This document shows, piece after piece, positions 55,856-64,000 of a DNA stretch of 64,000 bases. The stretch is taken from positions 132,008-196,007 of the forward strand of contig CAKSOW010000001.1 of NCBI GenBank assembly GCA_934479825.1, given 5' to 3'. How positions within the stretch are numbered: the stretch's first letter is position 1; the number at the start of each line of letters is the position of its first letter. The notes under the pieces are model-generated. The model was given only the letters and a program-made list of their open reading frames with translations. It searched no databases and was not told the origin of the DNA. The position numbers and the translations under genes are program-made. Origin of the DNA: an uncultured Eubacteriales bacterium. GTDB taxonomy: Bacteria > Bacillota > Clostridia > Oscillospirales > CAG-382.

Positions 55856-56146
55856 TTAAAGGTCATAATCCAAGGCAATGGAGGCCGAAGCATGTTCGTG
55901 CATATAGGCCTTGACGACACCGCAGTGATATTCGTCTGCCTGATAGGCGTCAAGCGCGGCGCGGTCAGTAAGCGTAACCTGCAAGATCACATCATAGGAG
56001 CGCGCAGAGCCTAAAAAGTCCGTACCTACCTCGATGGAAAGAATCTGCGGCACTTTGCCTTTCATGGATAACAGAATGTCTTTTGCTTCATTCTTCCGTT
56101 CATCGGAGGAATCTTTCAATTTGAAACAAACAATGTGCTTTATCAT
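55856..56146 (-). CDS. Dabb-family stress-responsive alpha/beta-barrel protein
   Basis: MIKHIVCFKLKD...DVILQVTLTDRAALDAYQADEYHCGVVK is typical of the Dabb domain. Confidence 0.8.
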   Translation of the reverse strand: MIKHIVCFKLKDSSDERKNEAKDILLSMKGKVPQILSIEVGTDFLGSARSYDVILQVTLTDRAALDAYQADEYHCGVVKAYMHEHASASIALDYDL

Positions 56147-56191
56147 ATTGTTTTTCCTTTCTTATGCAAATCTTATATAATATCACCCGTT

Positions 56192-57367
56192 TTAATTCTG
56201 ACTGCCGGGAATGACCAAATCGAAATCCACAACGCGCGCCAGAATATAATTAGAAACATACATACCCTCCGGGGAAAAGGCGTAGCCTTTCGGGGTACGT
56301 ATTACATGACCGCTTGCAAGATACGGAGCCAGCTTCGACAGATACATTTCTTCAAAATCCCTGCCGAATTTCTTGCGGAATGCCGCGCAGCTGATACCGG
56401 CTGTCAAACGGAATCGTAACATTACATATTCCGCCACACGCGACGGATACGGGATGTCAATGTATTCGTCTACAAGCGGTGTATCAACTGTTTTTTCCGG
56501 ATCAAACGAATCCATATACAAATTCAGATCCTTTTTCAAAGAAAACCGTTTTCCGCCGAAGTAAGAATGTGCCGCCGGTCCGAAACCGAGATATTCGTCA
56601 CAGTTCCAGTATTTCAAATTGTGGCGGCAGGAATAGCCGCGTTTTGCAAAATTGGAAATCTCATACTGATGATATCCTGCCTTTTCCAATAAGCCGATTG
56701 CCGTAAAATACATACTGCGTTCAGTCTCTTCATCGGGAAAAGCCAACGAATGCCGGTCAAACCAGAACGGCGTCCCCTCCTCCACTTTCAGACCATAGAG
56801 CGAAATGTGCTCCGGTTCAAGGTGAATGGCGGTGTTTATATTGTTGACTAAGGTCTGCAAGGACTGTCCGGGAATGCCGTACATCAGATCAAAACTGATA
56901 TTATCAAATTTTGCCTTTCGGGCGGCCGTAAAAGCATTGACCGCGTCAGCGGCATTGTGAGCACGGCCGCAGAGGTTCAGATCCGCGTCGTCAAACGACT
57001 GAACGCCTATGCTTAATCGGTTGATTCCCAGCCTGCGAAAAGCCCGGAGTTTGGCAAAATCCGCTGTTTTCGGGTTCATTTCCATGCTGATCTCGCATTT
57101 TGCCGACAGATGAAAGGAGCTCTTTATTTTTTTCATGATCTTTTTCATCTGATCGGGCGTCAGAAGCGACGGTGTGCCGCCTCCGATATAGACCGTCGTT
57201 ACGGCATATTCGTTCGCCTGCAAGGCATATTCGTGCATATGCTCGCACAAAGCGTCCACATAGCGCTCCGGAACGGGTCGTGCCGCTTCGGGAATCGAAT
57301 AGAAATCACAGTATCTGCATTTACTGATACAAAACGGAATATGCAGATACAAGCCTAACGTTTTCAT
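56192..57367 (-). CDS. hemW: Radical SAM heme chaperone HemW (HemN-like, oxygen-independent coproporphyrinogen oxidase family)
   Basis: LYLHIPFCISKCRYCDF (CxxxCxxC), GGGTPS. Conserved position directly downstream of lepA. Confidence 0.9.
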   Translation of the reverse strand: MKTLGLYLHIPFCISKCRYCDFYSIPEAARPVPERYVDALCEHMHEYALQANEYAVTTVYIGGGTPSLLTPDQMKKIMKKIKSSFHLSAKCEISMEMNPKTADFAKLRAFRRLGINRLSIGVQSFDDADLNLCGRAHNAADAVNAFTAARKAKFDNISFDLMYGIPGQSLQTLVNNINTAIHLEPEHISLYGLKVEEGTPFWFDRHSLAFPDEETERSMYFTAIGLLEKAGYHQYEISNFAKRGYSCRHNLKYWNCDEYLGFGPAAHSYFGGKRFSLKKDLNLYMDSFDPEKTVDTPLVDEYIDIPYPSRVAEYVMLRFRLTAGISCAAFRKKFGRDFEEMYLSKLAPYLASGHVIRTPKGYAFSPEGMYVSNYILARVVDFDLVIPGSQN

Positions 57368-57382
57368 AAAGCTGTGCCTCGC

Positions 57383-59200
57383 TTAATCTTCATCGAATTT
57401 GAGCACTGCCATAAACGCCTCTTGCGGCACTTCGACACTGCCGAGCGAACGCATACGCTTTTTACCCTCTTTTTGCTTTTCGAGCAGTTTCTTCTTACGC
57501 GTGATATCGCCGCCGTAGCACTTGGCAAGCACGTCTTTGCGCAAAGCTCTCACCGTTTCACGGGCGATAATCTTGCCGCCGATAGCCGCCTGAATCGGAA
57601 TTTCAAACAACTGGCGCGGAATGTTGTCCTTTAACTTTTCGACAATTTTTCTTGCACGCGCATAGGCCTTGTCCGCATGAACAATAAACGACAGCGCGTC
57701 GACAATATCGCCGTTTAGCAGGATATCCAGCTTCACAAGTTTGGACGGCTCATAGCCGGCCAAATCATAGTCAAGCGACGCATATCCCTTGCTTTTGGAT
57801 TTGAGCGCGTCGAAAAAGTCGTAGACAATTTCGTTTAACGGCAGCGTGTAGTGAAGTTCGGCGCGATTGGCGTCGATATATTTCATATCCTTGTAAATGC
57901 CGCGGCGATCCTGACAAAGTTCCATAATGCCGCCAACGTATTCAGTCGGCGAAATGATACTCGCTTTGACAACCGGCTCGCTGACCGTTTCCACTTCATC
58001 ACCGGTCGGAAATTTGGTGGGGTTATCGATATAATATTCCTCACCGCTGCGCAAATTGATCTTATAGATAACACTGGGGGCGGTGGTAATCAAATCAAGG
58101 TTGAATTCACGCTCCAAGCGCTCTTCCAGAATTTCCATGTGCAAAAGTCCCAAGAATCCGCAGCGGAACCCGAATCCGAGCGCAACCGAGGTTTCCGGCT
58201 CATAGGTAAGAGCCGCGTCGTTGAGCGCTAACTTTTCAAGCGCGTCGCGTAAATCGCCGTATTTCGCACCGTCAGCCGGATAAATGCCGCTGAACACGAC
58301 CGGAAGAGCCTTTTTAAAGCCCGGGAGCGGCGTTTCCGTCGGATTCTCCGCACCGGTCACCGTATCGCCGACACGCGTATCACCGACCGTTTTGATAGCC
58401 GCCGTAATATAGCCGACTTCCCCGGCATGCAGATCCGGGCATTTGTGCAAACCGAACGGGTCGAGAAAACCGACTTCGGTCACTTCGTATTCCACACCGG
58501 TGGACATCATTTTGATTTTATCGCCTGCTTTGACGTTTCCGTCGTAAAGGCGGATATAGACCACAACGCCGCGATAGGAATCGTAATAAGAGTCAAAGAT
58601 CAGCGCTTTGAGCGGCGCATGAATGTTGCCTTTGGGCGCAGGAACGTGTTTGACGACCTGAACAAGCACATCTTCAATATTCGTACCGGCTTTGGCCGAA
58701 ACCGCCGGAGCTTCGTCAGCAGGAATTCCGATAATATCTTCAATTTCTTTGCGTGTGCCCTCAATATCGGCAGACGGCAAATCGATTTTGTTGATAACGG
58801 GAATGATTTCGAGGTTATTGTCTACGGCAAGATAGGCGTTGGCAAGCGTCTGCGCTTCAATGCCCTGGGTCGCGTCCACCACGAGCAGAGCGCCCTCACA
58901 GGCGGAAAGCGAACGGGAAACTTCGTAGTTAAAGTCAACATGGCCGGGCGTATCGATCAAATTGAACGTATATGTCTCACCCTCATAGGTGTAGTTCATT
59001 TTTACGGCGCGCGCCTTGATTGTGATACCGCGCTCACGTTCCAGCTCCATGTCATCAAGCATCTGATCTTTGGATTCGCGAAGTTCAACCGTATTGGTTC
59101 GTTCCAGAATGCGGTCGGCCAGAGTCGATTTGCCATGGTCGATATGGGCGATAATGCAGAAATTCCGTATATGCGATAAATCTCGTTCGTTGATGGGCAT
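57383..59200 (-). CDS. lepA: Translation elongation factor 4 (LepA)
   Basis: [34 protein letters not shown], and the C-terminal LepA-specific domain. Confidence 0.97.
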   Translation of the reverse strand: MPINERDLSHIRNFCIIAHIDHGKSTLADRILERTNTVELRESKDQMLDDMELERERGITIKARAVKMNYTYEGETYTFNLIDTPGHVDFNYEVSRSLSACEGALLVVDATQGIEAQTLANAYLAVDNNLEIIPVINKIDLPSADIEGTRKEIEDIIGIPADEAPAVSAKAGTNIEDVLVQVVKHVPAPKGNIHAPLKALIFDSYYDSYRGVVVYIRLYDGNVKAGDKIKMMSTGVEYEVTEVGFLDPFGLHKCPDLHAGEVGYITAAIKTVGDTRVGDTVTGAENPTETPLPGFKKALPVVFSGIYPADGAKYGDLRDALEKLALNDAALTYEPETSVALGFGFRCGFLGLLHMEILEERLEREFNLDLITTAPSVIYKINLRSGEEYYIDNPTKFPTGDEVETVSEPVVKASIISPTEYVGGIMELCQDRRGIYKDMKYIDANRAELHYTLPLNEIVYDFFDALKSKSKGYASLDYDLAGYEPSKLVKLDILLNGDIVDALSFIVHADKAYARARKIVEKLKDNIPRQLFEIPIQAAIGGKIIARETVRALRKDVLAKCYGGDITRKKKLLEKQKEGKKRMRSLGSVEVPQEAFMAVLKFDED

Positions 59201-59238
59201 ATGATTCCGTCCTTTGCAAAATAAAACATATATAATGT

Positions 59239-59267
59239 ATTATAATACATTTTGCGCCCGAAATCAA
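59239..59267 (-). promoter_or_regulatory. Putative lepA promoter (TTGATT-N17-TATAAT)
   Basis: On the minus strand, TTGATT is at 59267..59262 and TATAAT at 59244..59239, about 38 nt upstream of the lepA ATG. Confidence 0.5.
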
Positions 59268-59276
59268 GTACCCAGA

Positions 59277-59299
59277 CAAAAAAGTTCCTTAAAGGAACT
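59277..59299 (-). terminator. Weak intrinsic terminator just upstream of the lepA promoter
   Basis: AGTTCC-TTAAA-GGAACT hairpin followed on the minus strand by TTTTTT. The stem is short (6 bp). Confidence 0.35.
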
Positions 59300-59307
59300 C
59301 GAATGGT

Positions 59308-59377
59308 GCTTTTCGTTTCGCGAAAAACAGAAAGAGACGGTTTTTGTGTTACTTTTTCGCTTGTACGAAAAAGTAAC
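59308..59377. repeat. Left arm of a 70-bp imperfect inverted repeat (two hairpins) flanking a gene-less 885-bp segment
   Basis: GCTTTTCGTTTCGCGAAAAACAGAAAGAGACGGTTTTTGTGTTACTTTTTCGCTTGTACGAAAAAGTAAC. By hand, close to 90 percent identical to the reverse complement of 60263..60334. Confidence 0.8.
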
Positions 59378-60262
59378 CAAAAAGTACACCAGAGGGTTGC
59401 GACCCTCTGGATACCCCAAGTACGGTTCAAACCCCGTGCGGTAAATTTTTTGCTAAAAACTTGAAAGGTTCAGCACGTTAAGATTTTTTGCAAAAGCTTA
59501 TTAGTGCCGCAAACACGCACGGCCATGTTTTGAACCGGTGCGAACCGCAAGTGTTGCACAGGCGCAAAATCGGGGTTCACGAAAAATCGAAAGTACTGTG
59601 CAGGCTTGCCGCCGCAAGCACTTGACTAAAAGGGAAAGTGCGCGTTATACTTGTTGCAGTGGAAAAGGAAAATTGTGTAGGCGTAGTAGAAAGTTTTGTG
59701 CAAAGCTGCGGCTTGGGCGCACCAATACCCCGCGGACAGGCAAAAATTTTAGATTTATCCAAATATTTTCGTGTTCAGAAAGACGGAATTTTGCACTCTC
59801 TCACCAAACTTCCTTATTTCAAAAAACAGCTTTCTGTTCTCACAAAAACAAATTCCTACCAAACGCCCCATTTCCTGAAACACATAACCTACTGTCTACC
59901 CAAATCAAAGTTTGCCTTTATATAAACACCCACAAATCCTTGCGCAGTAAAACCGCCGTCTCGCACCGGTTCAAAATACTCCGAGCTATATTGCACAAAA
60001 CGGCGATTTTCTATAAAGATTTCCTGAAAGCGCATAGCTTGCGGTTTAGTAAAAACTTCCACGCTCGAAATTTTGAACCGAGGTCGCAGGGCAAAGCCGA
60101 CTCCTTGAAACATGGTCGTCTTGTTCGCGTCCGCTCACAATACTCCCTGTTTCGGCGGTCTCCGACACGCCAAAACTTGCCACCGCAACTTTTGACGCGT
60201 CCGAGCAGCTGCTTTTTGGTTCTTTTTGCAGAAGCAAAAAGAACATAAAAACGTCCCTTTTA

Positions 60263-60334
60263 GTTACTTTTTCGTACAAACGAAAAAGTAACTAAAAAAT
60301 CGTCTCTTTTCTTGCTTTTCGTGAAACGAAAAGC
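60263..60334. repeat. Right arm of the 70-bp inverted repeat
   Basis: GTTACTTTTTCGTACAAACGAAAAAGTAACTAAAAAATCGTCTCTTTTCTTGCTTTTCGTGAAACGAAAAGC. Confidence 0.8.
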
Positions 60335-60368
60335 GTTCTTTCCGGGCATTTCCGGAAAAGCAAAAGCC

Positions 60369-60452
60369 GCCCTGCGTCACAGAACATTTCGTGACGCAGG
60401 GCGCCAAAATCAAAATTCTTTTGCTCGGCTTTTTCTTCTAAGAAAAGCCGCG
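60369..60452. repeat. Monomeric copy (F) of the palindromic repeat module with a completely different H1 stem
   Basis: H1 GCCCTGCGTCACAGAACATTTCGTGACGCAGGGC (60369..60402), spacer GCCAAAATCAAAATTCTTTTGCT, H2 CGGCTTTTTCTTCTAAGAAAAGCCG (60426..60450), tail CGTTCCCC. On the minus strand, H1 is followed by GGCTTTTGCTTTT and probably terminates the XRE gene. Confidence 0.8.
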
Positions 60453-60478
60453 TTCCCCCCTTTACAAGGGGCATACTT

Positions 60479-60817
60479 TCACTCTACGCCGCAGGCCCTG
60501 AAATAGGCATGCAGAATATCGGAAAGCCCGGCCGCCTGCTCCGGCGACAGCTTGCCAAACGCATCGTGAAACTCGGTTTCCACTGTGTCCGGCGAAACGC
60601 CGAATAAAAGATAATCGGCACTGACATGCAACGCTTTGCAAATAGCAACCAAACGCGGCAAAGATACACCATACAAACCACGCTCAATATTGGAAATATG
60701 AGCTCCATTGCAAACGTCTATCAGTTCGGCTAAACCTTCTTGCGAAATATTTCTTTTTAAACGAATTTCTTTTACTCTTTCACCAAAAGCAGCATTAAGA
60801 ATCTGGTCTTTTTGCAT
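60479..60817 (-). CDS. XRE-family helix-turn-helix transcriptional regulator (112 aa)
   Basis: FGERVKEIRLKRNISQEGLAELIDVCNGAHISNIERGLYGVSLPRLVAICKALHVSADYLL. GAGGTG RBS. Confidence 0.9.
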   Translation of the reverse strand: MQKDQILNAAFGERVKEIRLKRNISQEGLAELIDVCNGAHISNIERGLYGVSLPRLVAICKALHVSADYLLFGVSPDTVETEFHDAFGKLSPEQAAGLSDILHAYFRACGVE

Positions 60818-60913
60818 GGAGTCACCTCTAATATAATAGTATTACTATGTATTATATAGGTGACACACAAATCAATACATACAGTTTCACTGAAATAATT
60901 TTCAGCGCAACTA

Positions 60914-60942
60914 TTGACATTTGAAAAATATGGTGCTATAAT
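60914..60942 (+). promoter_or_regulatory. Near-consensus orphan promoter TTGACA-N17-(TGc)TATAAT
   Basis: TTGACA at 60914..60919, TATAAT at 60937..60942 preceded by TGC (extended -10). Points away from the XRE gene into a region with no annotated plus-strand gene. Confidence 0.6.
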
Positions 60943-60947
60943 ACTTC

Positions 60948-61096
60948 ATGAACAAGATTTCACATAGAGCCACAATGCCTATCCGTGCCCCACGGTAAAA
61001 CATTGCGACAAATCACTTTGTCCTGCATTTTCCCATTTGCAGGATAAAGCAAAAACACAGAGCGGTACGCAAACAGCCTACTGCTCTGTGTTTTTT
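60948..61096 (+). ncRNA. Candidate small transcript of about 150 nt (sRNA or leaderless micro-ORF mRNA) between the orphan promoter and a bidirectional terminator
   Basis: The predicted start falls on an ATG (60948). Internal hairpin TCCTGCATTTTCCCATTTGCAGGA (61021..61044). Terminator ACACAGAGC...GCTCTGTGT plus T6 (61055..61096). No experimental or homology support. Confidence 0.3.
61055..61096. terminator. Bidirectional intrinsic terminator (ends the VanZ operon on the minus strand; also follows the orphan plus-strand unit)
   Basis: 9-bp stem ACACAGAGC/GCTCTGTGT with A5 upstream and T6 downstream. The right arm overlaps the VanZ stop codon region. Confidence 0.7.
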
Positions 61097-61548
61097 ATTG
61101 TTTTTTGTTTCCGGCGCCAAACATAAAGACTTGCAAGCAAGACTCCCGTCAGAACGCCGCAAAAATCAAGAACCACATCCGTTACCAAACTTCCTCTTCC
61201 GGTAAAAGCCTGGATAAATTCATCCAAAACTGCCGATAGCAGTCCGGCAAAAGGCGGCAAAAGAAAAAAAGCCTTGCGAAACAGTTCCGTCATTTTCGCA
61301 CGCAATCCGGTATACAGCGCACCCAATAGAAAAAATTCCGTAAAATGCGCCGTTTTGCGGACAATGTGATGGAAAAATTCCGGATCTATGCGGTCGGACG
61401 GGTCGAGAAAACTCTTGAAAAACTGCATGATTCCGCCGCTGAATGCTCCGGAATCGTCCGGCGGCACAAAGGAGTTCCCCCAGATAAAAATGCTTTGCAA
61501 AACAATAAGCGCAAAAAAGAGCCAGAATCCGCGATTTTTTATCCGCAC
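61078..61548 (-). CDS. VanZ-family membrane protein
   Basis: HIVRKTAHFTEFFLLGAL motif and 4 TM segments. Preferred GTG start at 61548 (AAGGGG RBS, 4 nt after the upstream stop) rather than 61683, which would overlap the kinase gene by 130 nt. Confidence 0.75.
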   Translation of the reverse strand: MRIKNRGFWLFFALIVLQSIFIWGNSFVPPDDSGAFSGGIMQFFKSFLDPSDRIDPEFFHHIVRKTAHFTEFFLLGALYTGLRAKMTELFRKAFFLLPPFAGLLSAVLDEFIQAFTGRGSLVTDVVLDFCGVLTGVLLASLYVWRRKQKTIKNTEQ

Positions 61549-61552
61549 CGTT

Positions 61553-62272
61553 TTACCCCTTGTTATAATACTGATAGCGATAGCGGTCGTACCGGTAATT
61601 CTTCCCTTTTCCCTCGGTGTTGGTGAGGATAAAGCCAAGCACCTTTGCATTTGCCTTTGCAAGGCTTTCCATGGTGTTATCAAGCATATCGTAAACGGTA
61701 TAATCCGCTTTTACGACTACCACAACGCCCGACGCCACAGCGGAAACAACAACGGCATCGGTTACAACCGAAACCGGCGGCGTATCGAGAAAAATATAGT
61801 CATATTCCGTTTTCAACCGTTCAATCAAAGCGGCAAAGCGTTCGGAGGTAAGAATTTCCACCGGGTTCGGCGGAATTTCACCGGCTGTGATGAGATCTAC
61901 GCCTTGCTTGATATTCTTTTGCAGGATATCTTCATATTCCGCATAGCCGCAGACATAGTTTGACACGCCTGCCGTAAGCTCCAATTTCAGATAACGGTTG
62001 ATGCGCGGTTTGCGAAGGTCGCAATCAACCAAGGCCACCCGTAAGCCGGCTTGGGCAAACGTTACGGCAAGATTGATGCTGTTTGTGGTTTTTCCCTCAT
62101 TCGGGATGGAAGAAGTTATCACAATGACCTTGCCCTCATCCGATTTAGGCAAGGAAAACATAATATTGGTGCGGATTGATTTATAAGATTCGGTACGTGC
62201 AAAATCAGCAAAAGAATCGTTCAGAATGAGAGAATTCTCCGAGATTTTCTTGCGCGTCTTATTCTGCGTCAT
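61553..62272 (-). CDS. CpsD/CapB-family bacterial tyrosine kinase (BY-kinase) of an exopolysaccharide locus
   Basis: Walker A SSIPNEGKTT, Walker A' VALVDCDLRKP, Walker B IFLDTPP, C-terminal tyrosine cluster YRYDRYRYQYY. Confidence 0.9.
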   Translation of the reverse strand: MTQNKTRKKISENSLILNDSFADFARTESYKSIRTNIMFSLPKSDEGKVIVITSSIPNEGKTTNSINLAVTFAQAGLRVALVDCDLRKPRINRYLKLELTAGVSNYVCGYAEYEDILQKNIKQGVDLITAGEIPPNPVEILTSERFAALIERLKTEYDYIFLDTPPVSVVTDAVVVSAVASGVVVVVKADYTVYDMLDNTMESLAKANAKVLGFILTNTEGKGKNYRYDRYRYQYYNKG

Positions 62273-62277
62273 TCTGT

Positions 62278-63006
62278 TTACCTCCTGATTTCACCGAGAA
62301 CGGAAAGCTGATAGCGTTGTGTAAGATCCGATGCTTTGTGGACTTTGTTATCAAAGAAATGCATAAGAAAAACAATAGCACAGCCGAGCACCGCGCCGAT
62401 TGCAAAACCGAGCACCGTTTTTCTGGCAAGCCCTTTGCTGATCGGCTTTTGCGGCATACGGGGAGAATCAACCACTTTGGCGCTGCCGCTGTCAAAAACG
62501 TAAATGAGTGTTTCCGGTGCATGCTTCAAGACAGCGTTTACCACATCATACGAGGTTTTCGGATCGGGCGAAACGGCTCTTACCGAAAGAAGTTCGGTTT
62601 CATTCAACGAGGACATGGACAACATGCCCTTTATCTCTTTCGGTGTATAAGCTCCGCCGAGGTCAGAGCTGACTTTTTCAAGAAAATCATTGGTTTTCAA
62701 AATTTCAAGATAAGAGGTAACAAGCGAACGGGAGGCGGTGATATCGCTTGATTTCATGGACGCGGCCGATGCTGCCGCAGTGAGTTCTTCTTCGTGGTTC
62801 ACCTCTTTGTTGGAGACATAGAGTACGCCGCTTGATTCGTACATAGGAACCGAATAATATACGTAAAAATAGCTGACAAACGCCGCCAAGACCGCAAGTA
62901 TCACGATAATTGCCTTATGTTTCCAGAACACCGACAGCAATTCGGCAAAATCAAGTTCTTTTGAGCTGTTATTCAAAATTCCGCATCCTTTCCGTGCGAG
63001 GATCAC
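62278..63006 (-). CDS. Wzz/CpsC-type polysaccharide chain-length determinant (BY-kinase transmembrane activator)
   Basis: LDFAELLSVFWKHKAIIVILAVLAAFVSYFYV N-terminal TM, extracellular domain, second TM GFAIGAVLGCAIVFLMHFF. GTG start at 63006 or TTG at 62976. Confidence 0.85.
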   Translation of the reverse strand: MILARKGCGILNNSSKELDFAELLSVFWKHKAIIVILAVLAAFVSYFYVYYSVPMYESSGVLYVSNKEVNHEEELTAAASAASMKSSDITASRSLVTSYLEILKTNDFLEKVSSDLGGAYTPKEIKGMLSMSSLNETELLSVRAVSPDPKTSYDVVNAVLKHAPETLIYVFDSGSAKVVDSPRMPQKPISKGLARKTVLGFAIGAVLGCAIVFLMHFFDNKVHKASDLTQRYQLSVLGEIRR

Positions 63007-63337
63007 AAACCGGACAAGCTATCCGTATCAGAGAAAACCTCAATATAAAAGTTTATACAATTATAGCATAAATTTAAGATAATGTCAACCATCGATTACG
63101 AAAAAAGACAAAATACCGCGAATTTTGTCGACCGAACCGGGGAAATTCAGATAAAAGCACAAAAATTATGGTTTTCCAAGCAAAAAGATACAAAAATATC
63201 GAAAATACTGTTGAAATCCGCGCCGTTTTATGATATGATATTTTAGTAATTCTATGGGTATATGCAAAACAGTTCTTGCCGGATCCTTTCCGGCATACAT
63301 TGAAGCAAGCCCTTTTTGTGAAAGGCGAAAGACTATT

Positions 63338-64000
63338 ATGGCAATCAAATGCGCTTTTATTTCCTTAGGATGTCCGAAAAATCAGGCTGACAGCGAAGTC
63401 ATGCTTGCCAAACTCAATCAAGCCGGCATTGAAATCGTTGAAGAAGATATTCATGCGGACGTTGTGGTAATCAATACCTGCGCTTTTATCGAAAGCGCCA
63501 AAAAAGAAGCGATCGAAACGATTTTGGATGTTGCATGGCTCAAACAGAACCGTGATTTAAAGGGAATCGTTGTGGCAGGATGTCTTGCCCAGCGCTATAA
63601 AGACGAACTTTTCAAAGAGTTGCCGGAGGTAGACGCCGCTATCGGCGTCGGAGATCTTGACAATATCGTTGACGCTGTCAAAGCCGCCTACAAAGCAGGT
63701 ACAGAGCCGGATTCCGGCGCGTCGAAATACTGCCGCATCACCCAAGCCGAAAATCAGACGTTAGGCGGCGACCGTGTTGTCTCCACGCCGGAATACTCCG
63801 TTTATTTGAAAATATCCGAGGGCTGTGACAAACACTGCACCTACTGCATTATTCCGTCGCTCCGCGGCAAATTCCGCAGCCGTCCGTTAGAAGATCTTGT
63901 CAAAGAAGCAAACGAGCTTGCAGAGCTTGGCGCACGCGAGCTGATCGTGGTTTCACAGGATACGGTCAACTACGGCAGCGATTTGTACGGAAAACCGTCG
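63338..64000 (+). CDS. rimO: Ribosomal protein S12 methylthiotransferase RimO (5' part; runs off the window; absent from the ORF track)
   Basis: Hand translation MAIKCAFISLGCPKNQADSEVMLAKL...VVINTCAFIESAKKEAI...YLKISEGCDKHCTYCIIPSLRG (UPF0004 domain plus radical SAM CxxxCxxC). Confidence 0.85.
   Translation, partial: MAIKCAFISLGCPKNQADSEVMLAKLNQAGIEIVEEDIHADVVVINTCAFIESAKKEAIETILDVAWLKQNRDLKGIVVAGCLAQRYKDELFKELPEVDAAIGVGDLDNIVDAVKAAYKAGTEPDSGASKYCRITQAENQTLGGDRVVSTPEYSVYLKISEGCDKHCTYCIIPSLRGKFRSRPLEDLVKEANELAELGARELIVVSQDTVNYGSDLYGKPS

Noticed and set aside
58427-59179. 250-aa plus-strand ORF
   Set aside because: It is an antisense shadow of lepA.
59420-59441. tRNA T-arm-like or group II intron domain V-like string GTACGGTTCAAACC, with GTGCG at 59539
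   Set aside because: No acceptor, D or anticodon arms can be drawn around it. The complementary GAGCCGTA strand needed for domain V is absent. No intron-encoded protein or other intron domains are evident.
59889-60113. 74-aa minus-strand ORF (MFQGVGFALRPRFKISSVEVFTKPQAMRFQEIFIENRRFVQYSSEYFEPVRDGGFTAQGFVGVYIKANFDLGRQ) that looks more protein-like
   Set aside because: It has no RBS, no recognisable family, and it overlaps one arm of the nested inverted repeat. It could be a fragment of a decayed gene, but I cannot support it as a CDS.
59538-60248. 236-aa open reading frame on the plus strand spanning most of the gene-less segment
   Set aside because: It has a GTG start with no Shine-Dalgarno sequence. 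The product is extremely basic (Arg/Lys/Ser/Cys/Phe-rich) and low-complexity, with no hydrophobic core or motif. It runs straight through the inverted-repeat arms. The frame is more likely open by chance or by A/T-skewed composition. It remains worth a tBLASTn check.

Overview
This 64-kb chromosomal window appears to come from a spore-forming, anaerobic Clostridia-type Firmicute. That is inferred from cwlD, spmA/spmB, an SLH-domain surface protein, a perR/reverse-rubrerythrin/rubredoxin cluster and lepA-hemW linkage. I support about 47 protein-coding genes. Two of them run off the window edges and are missing from the ORF track: an FkbM methyltransferase at 1..907(-) and rimO at 63338..64000(+). 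A third unlisted gene is a 51-aa rubredoxin. I saw no rRNA, tRNA, CRISPR array, transposase or phage genes. Most genes are housekeeping (cca, proC, xerD, radA, dinB, lepA, hemW, rimO, Ca-ATPase, ABC transporters). They are interleaved with large secreted or surface proteins: a 1921-aa FG-GAP/FN3 giant, a BspA-type LRR protein, an SLH phosphodiester glycosidase and a CE4 deacetylase. The most unusual signal is non-coding. A modular family of composite palindromic repeats (variable-stem hairpin, conserved AAATTCTTTTGC spacer, CTTTTCTT..AAGAAAAG hairpin) occupies at least six intergenic sites. Three copies are dimeric elements of about 240-320 bp, and two of these are inverted copies 49 kb apart. 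A gene-less segment of about 1.3 kb between lepA and an XRE regulator is flanked by 70-bp inverted repeats and contains nested inverted repeats. Other items worth follow-up:
- a MalT/LuxR-type regulator split by a frameshift in an A6 run, next to the giant surface-protein gene, whose promoter overlaps a perfect 19-bp palindrome
- an (AT)20 tract upstream of the LRR gene
- a C-terminal domain shared by three secreted proteins
- an orphan consensus promoter plus terminator unit (sRNA or leaderless micro-ORF)
- a three-domain phosphoesterase fusion
All coordinates of non-ORF features were counted by hand and may be off by 1-2 nt.
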